From: Bacteroidales bacterium
Lineage (GTDB): Bacteria > Bacteroidota > Bacteroidia > Bacteroidales > JAFGXI01
Length of the DNA: 24,000 nt
NCBI GenBank assembly: GCA_027064025.1
Contig: JAMOQL010000064.1
Location: forward strand, 1-24,000
Reading direction: 5' to 3'
This document shows, in pieces, positions 1-7,350 of the stretch. Every line of letters begins with the position of its first letter. Position 1 is the stretch's first letter. A program made the translations under genes and the position numbers. Under the pieces are notes generated by a model. It was not told the DNA's origin and made no database searches. It saw only the letters and a list, made by a program, of their open reading frames with translations.

Positions 1-126
1 AAAAAATGCGGGTATTTATTTGAAACAAAGATGATTAACAAAATAGAAACATGCCCTAATTGCTCAAATCATGAATTTATCAATCTTGCAGGAAGATTTG
101 GTCATGGTCGATGTTGCGTAGAATAA
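1..126 (+). CDS. 3' end of an upstream gene with a zinc-ribbon-like C-terminus (..KKCGYLFETKMINKIETCPNCSNHEFINLAGRFGHGRCCVE*)
   Basis: Frame 1 is open from the window edge to TAA at 124-126 (my own translation). Cys pairs (..KCGY.. and CPNC) resemble a zinc-ribbon or rubredoxin-like knuckle, and the protein ends with a CC pair. Family not recognised. Confidence 0.35.
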   Translation, partial: KKCGYLFETKMINKIETCPNCSNHEFINLAGRFGHGRCCVE

Positions 127-146
127 AATAAATTTATTTCAAAGAA

Positions 147-187
147 AATACCTAAACATAGGTATTGCATACATATTTATATATGTA
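147..187. promoter_or_regulatory. Two adjacent perfect inverted repeats: AATACCTA-aaca-TAGGTATT (147-166) and TACATAT-ttat-ATATGTA (170-187)
   Basis: Read directly from the sequence. They lie 70-110 nt upstream of the ATG at 256 and about 20 nt downstream of the preceding stop. They could be operator sites, or the first could be a weak terminator hairpin with no T-run. AT-rich, so a chance occurrence is possible. Confidence 0.25.
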
Positions 188-255
188 GATATTTGTAATA
201 TTGATAATGTTTATAATTGTAGACTTATTTCTTAACAAATTGGAATCTAATTGAT

Positions 256-1434
256 ATGAAGAATAATAAAAAAATGCTTGTGCTTGGTGGTGGTTTTGCC
301 GGTGTAGAAGCCGCTATTAAGCTTCGAAAATACGGTTACAATGTTACTATTGTTTCTAACAGAAATTATCTATTTATTTATCCCATTTCCATTTGGATTC
401 CAACTAAAAAAAAGAAATTCGAAGATGTTCAGATTCCTTTAAGTCAGTTAAAAGAGAAACACGGATTTGATGTAATTATTGACGAGGTATCAAAAATAGA
501 TTACTTGAATAACCAAGTTATATTGGAGCATAGTACAGAAACATACGATTATCTGTTTTTGGCTATGGGAATGAATAAAGTTAAAACACCAGGTTTAGAG
601 TACACACATTCTATTTGTGGCAAACCCGATGAGGCGATTGTTATTCAGAAGGAATTAGAAAAGCTAATTGTGCGTGGCTATGGTAAAATAGCCATTGGAT
701 TTGGAGGAAACCCCAAAGACCCTACAGCAACAGGAGTTCGAGGAGGACCCGCTTTTGAATTATTATTTAATTTTTCACATTATATTAAACAAAAAGGCTT
801 ACGAGATAAGTTTGAGTTGAACTTTTTTACACCAATGAAAGAGCTAGGGAAAAGGATGGGTGATAAACCTTATAAAAAGCTCGATGTTTTTTTTAAAAGA
901 TATAAAGTTAAAGCTCATGTAGGAGTGAAAATTACAGAATTTACAGAAAACACAATAGAATTTGAAAATAAATCGAAGATTGAATCTGATTTAACAATCT
1001 ATATTTCCGGTGGTGATGGACATAAAGTAATTAAAGAATCAGGCTTACCGATAAACGCTGCGGGCTTTGTCGCCATCAATGAATTGTGTAGAGTAGAGGG
1101 GCATAAAAATATTTATGCTATTGGAGATATTGCAGCAATAGAAGGTCCAAAATGGGCGTCTAAACAAGGGCATATTGCAGAGGTAATGGCAGATGTAAGT
1201 ACGTATAATGTTCATAACGGGCTAAACAATAAAGGGAAACGAAAATCTTATTGGGAAAAATTACATATTATTTGTGTGATGGATTCAGGAGATGGTGCAG
1301 CTTTTATTACACGAACCAATCACAAAGAAACTATAATTCCACTCCCCGTATTAGGGCATTGGATGAAGTTGGCTTGGGGATTTTATTATAAAAATTCAAA
1401 ACTTAAAAAAATTCCACGAATACCTGGAATGTAA
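256..1434 (+). CDS. NAD(P)/FAD-dependent oxidoreductase, sulfide:quinone oxidoreductase / type-II NADH dehydrogenase-like family
   Basis: 392-aa ORF. N-terminal Rossmann dinucleotide motif MLVLGGGFAGVEAA and a C-proximal YAIGDIAA flavin motif. Overall layout matches SQR/NDH-2 flavoproteins. Substrate not assignable from sequence alone. Confidence 0.8.
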   Translation: MKNNKKMLVLGGGFAGVEAAIKLRKYGYNVTIVSNRNYLFIYPISIWIPTKKKKFEDVQIPLSQLKEKHGFDVIIDEVSKIDYLNNQVILEHSTETYDYLFLAMGMNKVKTPGLEYTHSICGKPDEAIVIQKELEKLIVRGYGKIAIGFGGNPKDPTATGVRGGPAFELLFNFSHYIKQKGLRDKFELNFFTPMKELGKRMGDKPYKKLDVFFKRYKVKAHVGVKITEFTENTIEFENKSKIESDLTIYISGGDGHKVIKESGLPINAAGFVAINELCRVEGHKNIYAIGDIAAIEGPKWASKQGHIAEVMADVSTYNVHNGLNNKGKRKSYWEKLHIICVMDSGDGAAFITRTNHKETIIPLPVLGHWMKLAWGFYYKNSKLKKIPRIPGM

Positions 1435-1503
1435 TATTTAAAAACATTCATAAGTATAAAAAAGTTGTTTTATTTTGTATAAAATATTAAAAATAAGAAA
1501 AAT

Positions 1504-1812
1504 ATGTCAGAAGAAGATTTAATAAAAGTATTGGCTTTAGTAGAACATCCTTCAATCAACTCAACATTGAAAGAATTGGGAATCTTAAGTAAGATAGAAG
1601 TAAAAGGACAACTCGTAAAGGCCGAATTTTCGTTACCTTTCGCAAATATTCCAATTAAAGACGACATGATAGGTTCCGTTCAGATTCTTGCAGAATCGTT
1701 TGGATACGATTTTTTGTTTACGGAGCGTATAATGGATGAGGCAGAAAAGCAACATTTTTTAGCTGTAGAACAAGCAAATTGGAAAGGTGGTTCAGCAGCT
1801 TGTAGCTGTTAA
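1504..1812 (+). CDS. DUF59/MIP18-like (SufT/PaaD-type) putative Fe-S cluster assembly/carrier protein with a C-terminal AACSC tail
   Basis: 102-aa ORF. The N-terminal pattern (DLIKVLALVEHPSINSTLKELGIL) resembles the DUF59 fold. The usual internal Cys motif is not evident, and the protein ends GGSAACSC. Assignment is by family resemblance only. Confidence 0.55.
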   Translation: MSEEDLIKVLALVEHPSINSTLKELGILSKIEVKGQLVKAEFSLPFANIPIKDDMIGSVQILAESFGYDFLFTERIMDEAEKQHFLAVEQANWKGGSAACSC

Positions 1813-1832
1813 TTCTAAACAAATAGCTAATT

Positions 1833-2222
1833 ATGGAAAAAATTATTGTTGCTTTTGCAACAGATAATAGGAACGATTTTACCAAAGAACATTTTGGCGA
1901 AGCTAAAGAATATCTAGTTTACGAAATTTCAAAAGCAAATTCATTTTTATTAGATACAATATCAAATAAAAGTCCAGAAGAAAAAAAGCATGGCGACCCT
2001 AATAAAGCAAAAGGGGTTGCTGCTCTATTAAAACCGCATGGAGTAAAAGTTTTAATAAGCAAGGATTTTGGTAGAAATATCGTTCGTCAACAACAAAAGT
2101 TTGTCGTAATTTTAAGTAGCACACTTATTATCGAAGAAGCCATTCGTAATATTCAAAAAAATTATTCTTTAGTAATTGAAGAGTGGGAAAAAGGAGAAAC
2201 TCGTGACTATTTGAGAATATAA
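1833..2222 (+). CDS. NifX/NifB-C-terminal/NafY-like cofactor-binding domain protein
   Basis: 129-aa ORF. HFGEAKEYLVYEI and GVKVLISKDFG segments resemble the dinitrogenase FeMo-cofactor-binding (NifX-like) domain family common in non-diazotrophs. It starts 20 nt after the upstream gene. Confidence 0.6.
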   Translation: MEKIIVAFATDNRNDFTKEHFGEAKEYLVYEISKANSFLLDTISNKSPEEKKHGDPNKAKGVAALLKPHGVKVLISKDFGRNIVRQQQKFVVILSSTLIIEEAIRNIQKNYSLVIEEWEKGETRDYLRI

Positions 2223-2234
2223 ATAAATAATAAA

Positions 2235-3392
2235 GTGACCCAAAAGTCTTTTAATACTAGTAAAGTCTTGACCCTTAGCATTGGGCATTTTTTTCACGAT
2301 GTTTATACTTCGTTTTTAGCACCTATTCTGCCCTTGTTAATCGAGAAATTGGGTATTTCTTTATCGCTAGTAGGTTTATTGGATGTAGTTCGAAAAATCC
2401 CATCGCTTTTCAATCCTCTTATAGGCTTAATGGCCGATAGAATATGTGTGAAATATTTAATTATTTTAGCACCAGCTATTTCTACTATAAGTATGAGTCT
2501 TATGGGCTTAGCTCCATCTTATAGTATTCTTTTAGTATTATTATTTGTTTCGGGTATTAGCTCTTCGTTATTTCATGTTCCCTCGCCAGTTGCCATAAAA
2601 CGTTTTTCGGGAAATCAAACGGGTTTGGGCATGAGTTTTTATATGGTTGGCGGAGAACTTGCACGCTCCATTGGCCCCTTACTTATTACCGCAGCAATAG
2701 CTTATTGGGGATTACAAGGCTCGTATAGAGTTATGCCTCTAGGAATCTTGGCTAGCTTTATTTTATATATTAAACTACAAAATGTAAAAGAGATTGTTAA
2801 TAATAAAAGTAAAGAACTTGCTAACAAAACAAACTCTAGCATCAAACATCTTATTCCAATTTTTGTACTTGTTGGCGCATTTGTGTTAAGCCGAGCAGGA
2901 ATTAAATCGGCATTAACATTATATTTACCTATTTATTTAACTAGTAACGGAGAGTCATTGTGGCTTGCGGGAATATCGTTATCAGTGTTTCAGTTTGCTG
3001 GAGCAGTAGGAACTTTTGGGGCAGGTTATATTTCAGATAAAATTGGTAAACGTAATATTTTATTAATCTCCGCAATATTAAGTCCCGTAATTATGTGGGG
3101 ATTTCTTCATGCTAATCGTTTTTTTATTTTCCCATTGCTTATTTTCGAAGGTTTATTGCTTTTTGCACAGGGGCCTGTTTTGCTAGCCTTTTTCCAAGAT
3201 ACTAATACCAAACGGCCCGCTTTAGTTAATAGTATATATATGACTATAAATTTTGTGATTAATTCACTAATTGTACTTTTAGTTGGCGTATTGGGTGATT
3301 ATATAGGTTTAGATTTAACTTTTGAGTTGGCTACATACTTTGCTTTATTAGCAATTCCAATTATATATTTTTTACCAAAAGATAAATATTAA
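2235..3392 (+). CDS. MFS transporter
   Basis: 385-aa ORF with a GTG start (no in-frame ATG before residue 66). It has many hydrophobic helices in two halves separated by a charged loop (KEIVNNKSKELANKTN). Typical MFS architecture. Confidence 0.8.
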   Translation: MTQKSFNTSKVLTLSIGHFFHDVYTSFLAPILPLLIEKLGISLSLVGLLDVVRKIPSLFNPLIGLMADRICVKYLIILAPAISTISMSLMGLAPSYSILLVLLFVSGISSSLFHVPSPVAIKRFSGNQTGLGMSFYMVGGELARSIGPLLITAAIAYWGLQGSYRVMPLGILASFILYIKLQNVKEIVNNKSKELANKTNSSIKHLIPIFVLVGAFVLSRAGIKSALTLYLPIYLTSNGESLWLAGISLSVFQFAGAVGTFGAGYISDKIGKRNILLISAILSPVIMWGFLHANRFFIFPLLIFEGLLLFAQGPVLLAFFQDTNTKRPALVNSIYMTINFVINSLIVLLVGVLGDYIGLDLTFELATYFALLAIPIIYFLPKDKY

Positions 3393-3408
3393 TTTAAGTT
3401 TAGTAGAA

Positions 3409-3657
3409 ATGGGAAATATAGAATTAAAGATAAAAATAAAAAGTTTGCTCGAAGATGTAAGACCATCTTTACAGGCCGATGGTGGTGATATAGAATTGGT
3501 AGATATTTCGGATGATTTAACTGTTTATGTTAATCTTTTAGGCGCTTGTGGAACTTGTCCTACAAGTATTATAACTTTAAAAATGGGAGTGGAACAATAT
3601 CTTAAATCAAAAATACCAGAGATAAAAGAAGTTGTGAATTATAGCGATATAATGTAA
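3409..3657 (+). CDS. NifU C-terminal (Nfu) domain Fe-S cluster carrier protein
   Basis: 82-aa ORF with LQADGGDIELV and the GACGTCP CxxC motif characteristic of the Nfu/NifU C-terminal domain. Confidence 0.85.
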   Translation: MGNIELKIKIKSLLEDVRPSLQADGGDIELVDISDDLTVYVNLLGACGTCPTSIITLKMGVEQYLKSKIPEIKEVVNYSDIM

Positions 3658-3677
3658 TACTAAATCTAGAAAAAAAT

Positions 3678-4073
3678 ATGAAACTTCCACAAGAAATAAA
3701 ACAGCTTTTTAAACAAGTTCCTATTATGGCATTGTCTACAGTAGATGAAAAAGGAATACCCAATGTATCAGCCATAGCATCGAAAATAATAATAGACGAT
3801 GAAACAATCTGGACTATTGATACCTTCCATAATAAAACCTTTCATAATATCGAACAAAATGGAAATGTAGCTTTGGCTTTGTGGAAAGATTCGGTAGGTT
3901 ATCAAATAAAAGGAAAAGCTATTCATCATACCAAAGGAGAAATATTTGAGAAAGGTAAAAAGTGGATCTTAACATTAAAACCTCAAAAAATTGTAAAAGG
4001 GGTGATTGAAATAAAGGTTACGGATATTTATTATTTGACTCCCTCTTACAATTTGGCTGGAAAAGAAGTTTAA
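3678..4073 (+). CDS. Pyridoxamine 5'-phosphate oxidase-related FMN-binding split-barrel family protein
   Basis: 131-aa ORF. Size and the PIMALSTVDEKGIPNVS / VALALW segments resemble small PNPOx-like flavoproteins. It is the last gene of the co-directional cluster, 20 nt after NifU. Confidence 0.65.
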   Translation: MKLPQEIKQLFKQVPIMALSTVDEKGIPNVSAIASKIIIDDETIWTIDTFHNKTFHNIEQNGNVALALWKDSVGYQIKGKAIHHTKGEIFEKGKKWILTLKPQKIVKGVIEIKVTDIYYLTPSYNLAGKEV

Positions 4074-4295
4074 AAACTCCAAGGATTTATTATAGTGTAT
4101 TTAAGTTTCAATAGCTTCTTAAATAAGAAAGTATCATCCTAAAATAAAGTCTTTAAAAATTTAGACAATGTTGAAAAATAACTGCTTCAGTTTATCAAGG
4201 AAGAAATAAATAACGAAATCGTAAAGAGCATTACTCATAATAAATTAATAGCTATAACGCTATATTCGTTATATAATTGGTATAAATTAAAAACC

Positions 4296-4317
4296 ACAGG
4301 ACGAAATTTCGTCCTGT
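4296..4317 (-). terminator. Hairpin terminator between convergent genes (ACAGGACGAA-at-TTCGTCCTGT)
   Basis: Perfect 10-nt inverted arms read from the sequence. On the minus strand the hairpin is followed by GGTTTTTAAT, so it fits best as the DPP-IV terminator. It may also stop the plus-strand operon. Confidence 0.55.
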
Positions 4318-4385
4318 AGTTTCAATTAATTTAATTTTTTTACTAAAATCCTGTAACGACTATTCAAGACGAGACAGAATATCAA

Positions 4386-6557
4386 CTATAAATTTTCTAA
4401 AGTGAATTTAGTTAATTTGTTGAATAAATGTAATCTAGTATTTCCACCGTATATTCCGTGATTTTTGTTAGGATAAATAAATTGATTATAATCAAAATTA
4501 GCTTCTATCAAAAGTTTCGAAAGTTCCATTGAATTTTGAAGGTGAACATTATCATCGGCAGAACCATGAACGAGTAAGAAATTACCTTTAAGTTGTTTAA
4601 CTAAATCGGGGTTTGTAGGCGAGTTAGCATCGTAGCCTAAAGGATTGTCTTTAGGTAAACCCAAATAACGTTCGCTGTAAACAGAATCGTAATATCTCCA
4701 ATTAGTAACTGGGGCAACAGCAATCGCCATTTTAAAGATATTTGGATATTTCTCCAAACATAAAGTAGACATATATCCGCCATAACTCCAACCTTGAATA
4801 CCAATTCGGTCTGGGTTAATATAAGCTAAAGATTGTAAATATTTTGCTGCATCAGCTTGATCTTGAGACTCCAGTTTCCCCATCTGACCGTAGGTTGTTC
4901 GCCTAAATTTATAACCTCTTCCATCTGTCCCTCTGTTGTCTACTGAAAATACAATATAACCTTGTTGGGCTAGAAAGTTGTACCACATAGCATTATAATC
5001 CCATTGATTCATAACAGTCTGTTGACCTGGACCACCATAAACAACCATATATACAGGATACTTTTTCGACTTATCAAAATTGGCAGGTTTTATCATCCAT
5101 GCATTCAAATCAATTCCATCAGAATTCTTTACAGTTAAGAATTCTTTTGCCGACCATTGATATTTTTTTAATAAGTTCAACATTTTGTCGTTGTTTTTTA
5201 GTTCACGTATTTGCTTACCCGATTCGTTATGTAAACTTACTACATATGGATGATTTACATCCGACCATGTATTAATATAGTATTTAAAGCTTTTGCTAAA
5301 TTCTACATTATTAACGCCCTCTTGCAGACTTAATTGTTTTTTACCTGAACCATCTACTTTTATTTCATATAGCATTCGCTCTGTTGGCGAATTCTCTGTA
5401 GAGATGTAATAAAGCTTCTTAGTTTTAGGATTATAGCCTTTAAAATTGGTAACTTCCCAATTTCCTTTTGTTATTTGGTTTACTAAGCTCCCGTTAATAT
5501 CGTATAAGTATAAGTGATTATAGCCGGATTTTTCATTACTGAAAATAAAATATTTCCCATCATCGGTAAAAGTTAGGTTGTCGTAAATTTCGATGTAAGT
5601 ATCATTTTTATCCGAATAGATCACTTGTATATTTCCTGTAGCAGCATCAGCAAATACAATTTCTAAATGATTTTGCAATCGATTGAGTCGTTGGACGCTT
5701 AATGTGTTTGCATCTTTAGTCCATTCTATTCTAGGAATATATTCGTACTTGTCTCCTAAATCGAGAGTCTTAGTTGTTTGAGCTTCTAGATTGTAGATAT
5801 GAACACTTACTTTAGAATTAACTTCACCTGCTTTGGGATATTTAAAAGTATAATTCTCAGGATATAATCCATTATATATTGGCATACTATATTCTTTAAC
5901 TTTGCTTTCGTCGAAACGCATAAAAGCAATATTTTTACTATCTGGCGACCATTGATAGGCCTTAGAGAAAGAAAATTCTTCTTCGTAAACCCAATCAGGA
6001 GCTCCGTTTATTATATTATTTTTTTCACCATCGTTGGTAACGGCAATTTCTTTATTGCTTTTTAGGTCTATATAATAAAGATTATTTTTTCTAACAAAAG
6101 CAATTTTACTACCATCAGGAGAGAAGCCCATAAGTTGCTGTTTCCCGTCTTTGGAAAGGTTTCTAAGCGATTTTGTTTTTATATCGAATAAATAGAAATT
6201 GGCTCTAAAAGAATGGCGATAAATGGATTCGGTTTCCGAAACAAGCAAAATCTTTGTTTCATCTTTATTAAAGCTATAATCGTCAATTGTAAAATTTTTG
6301 TCTCCTTCGACTTGCTTAAAAGAGAATACTTCTTTTACTAATTTGCCATCTTTGTATTTATACTGTTTTATTCTATTATTTTCTAAAGTAGTATAATGCT
6401 CACCATCGTTCATAGATCGGATGCCGTAAACTGCCCTTGGGTAAAAAGAGTAACGTTGCCAAATATCTTCAATGCCATAATTAGGTTTAGTGTTTTGCGC
6501 TTGGCTGCTGACCAAAACCAATAATACTACGGAAACCAATAAAAGTAATTTTCTCAT
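4386..6557 (-). CDS. Dipeptidyl peptidase IV (S9B family prolyl dipeptidyl aminopeptidase), secreted
   Basis: 723-aa ORF with an N-terminal signal peptide (MRKLLLLVSVVLLVLVSSQA) and a long beta-propeller-type N-domain. Catalytic motifs GWSYGGY (Ser), GSADDNVH (Asp) and NKNHGI (His) occur in the order expected for DPP-IV. Confidence 0.9.
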   Translation of the reverse strand: MRKLLLLVSVVLLVLVSSQAQNTKPNYGIEDIWQRYSFYPRAVYGIRSMNDGEHYTTLENNRIKQYKYKDGKLVKEVFSFKQVEGDKNFTIDDYSFNKDETKILLVSETESIYRHSFRANFYLFDIKTKSLRNLSKDGKQQLMGFSPDGSKIAFVRKNNLYYIDLKSNKEIAVTNDGEKNNIINGAPDWVYEEEFSFSKAYQWSPDSKNIAFMRFDESKVKEYSMPIYNGLYPENYTFKYPKAGEVNSKVSVHIYNLEAQTTKTLDLGDKYEYIPRIEWTKDANTLSVQRLNRLQNHLEIVFADAATGNIQVIYSDKNDTYIEIYDNLTFTDDGKYFIFSNEKSGYNHLYLYDINGSLVNQITKGNWEVTNFKGYNPKTKKLYYISTENSPTERMLYEIKVDGSGKKQLSLQEGVNNVEFSKSFKYYINTWSDVNHPYVVSLHNESGKQIRELKNNDKMLNLLKKYQWSAKEFLTVKNSDGIDLNAWMIKPANFDKSKKYPVYMVVYGGPGQQTVMNQWDYNAMWYNFLAQQGYIVFSVDNRGTDGRGYKFRRTTYGQMGKLESQDQADAAKYLQSLAYINPDRIGIQGWSYGGYMSTLCLEKYPNIFKMAIAVAPVTNWRYYDSVYSERYLGLPKDNPLGYDANSPTNPDLVKQLKGNFLLVHGSADDNVHLQNSMELSKLLIEANFDYNQFIYPNKNHGIYGGNTRLHLFNKLTKFTLENL

Positions 6558-6586
6558 GTTTTTATTTTTTAATTTTGTATCTCTAA

Positions 6587-6594
6587 CAAAGATA
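6587..6594 (-). promoter_or_regulatory. Bacteroidota -7 promoter box TATCTTTG (TAnnTTTG) for the DPP-IV gene
   Basis: The plus strand reads CAAAGATA, and the box lies 30 nt upstream of the ATG at 6557. It matches the established Bacteroidota primary-sigma -7 consensus. The -33 element is not convincing. Confidence 0.4.
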
Positions 6595-6744
6595 AAGTTT
6601 ATTTTAAGATATTAAAGTTGATTCATTAAGAGCTTTTAAGACGGCTATAAAAATGGAAAGGTTACAGAGAACTTGTCTGAATTATTTATTTTGACTTGCC
6701 GATATTTAGTTATAAATGTTTATTTTAGTGCAAAATATTCAATT

Positions 6745-7248
6745 ATGTATACAATTCAATTAAAAGATACTTCGTTTGAGGTCGAATTAAAAGGAGGAGA
6801 TTTAAAACAGGGGTCTGTAAATGGCAAAGATTTTAAATTAGATATTAATACATCGGTTAACGAGCATCATATTTTATATAATAATAATTCTTACAAGGTT
6901 GAATTAGTCGATATTAAAGAAGAAAGTAAAGAAGTTATTCTTAAAATTAATAATGATAAAATTACTTGTAAGGTTTCTGATGAATTGGATTTGCTATTAA
7001 AGCAATTGGGAATGGATAATTTATCTTCGCAGAAGATGAATAATGTCAAAGCACCAATGCCTGGTATGGTATTAGATGTTTTGGTCGATAAGGGACAAGC
7101 TGTAAATTCTGGAGATACGCTTCTTGTATTAGAGGCTATGAAAATGGAAAATAATATTAAAGCACCATTGGATGGGATTGTAAAACAAGTGGTTTGTGAG
7201 TCAGGAATTGCAGTTGAAAAAAATGATATATTAATAATATTTGAATAA
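6745..7248 (+). CDS. Biotin carboxyl carrier (biotinyl-domain) protein, stand-alone
   Basis: C-terminal biotinyl domain with the EAMKMEN biotin-attachment motif. I place the start at ATG 6745 (MYTIQLKD...) rather than the TTG at 6673 in the ORF track. The partner carboxylase or decarboxylase is not in the window. Confidence 0.8.
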   Translation: MYTIQLKDTSFEVELKGGDLKQGSVNGKDFKLDINTSVNEHHILYNNNSYKVELVDIKEESKEVILKINNDKITCKVSDELDLLLKQLGMDNLSSQKMNNVKAPMPGMVLDVLVDKGQAVNSGDTLLVLEAMKMENNIKAPLDGIVKQVVCESGIAVEKNDILIIFE

Positions 7249-7267
7249 AAATATTTTGTGATCAAAG

Positions 7268-7305
7268 AAAACCCCCTGCTAAATTAATAGTAGGGGGTTT
7301 TTATT
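7268..7305. terminator. Bidirectional rho-independent terminator (AAAACCCCCTGCTA...TAGTAGGGGGTTTTT)
   Basis: An 11-bp GC-rich stem (7271-7281 with 7288-7298) is flanked by an A-run and a T-run. It lies between the convergent biotin-carrier gene and sucC copy 1. Confidence 0.8.
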
Positions 7306-7350
7306 TTCTAGTATCTGTCACAAGAATTTCGAAACAGAATATTATAGGAA

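Noticed and set aside
1470-1667. Minus-strand 65-aa ORF overlapping the DUF59-like gene; likewise 6891-7265(-), 18265-18534(+), 19782-19964(+), 20491-20679(+) and 22721-22993(+)
   Set aside because: Each overlaps a better-supported gene on the opposite strand and has no family resemblance. These are spurious ORFs of the kind expected in AT-rich DNA.
1833-3657. NifX-like and NifU-like genes as evidence of nitrogen fixation
   Set aside because: No nifH/D/K/E/N/B genes are present. Small NifX-like and Nfu-domain proteins are widespread in non-diazotrophs as generic cluster carriers.
4074-4385. The 312-nt gap between the PNPOx-like gene and the DPP-IV gene as a hidden small gene or sRNA
   Set aside because: All frames are broken by frequent TAA/TAG stops; the longest ATG ORF I saw is 13 codons. 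Apart from the terminator hairpin at 4296-4317, only a trivial 6-bp inverted repeat is present. There is no positive evidence for an RNA gene.
6673-6744. TTG-initiated 24-codon N-terminal extension of the biotin-carrier ORF (MSELFILTCRYLVINVYFSAKYSI)
   Set aside because: The extension is hydrophobic and low-complexity and lies in the divergent promoter region. An ATG at 6745 gives a sensible N-terminus (MYTIQLKD...), so I call the start there.
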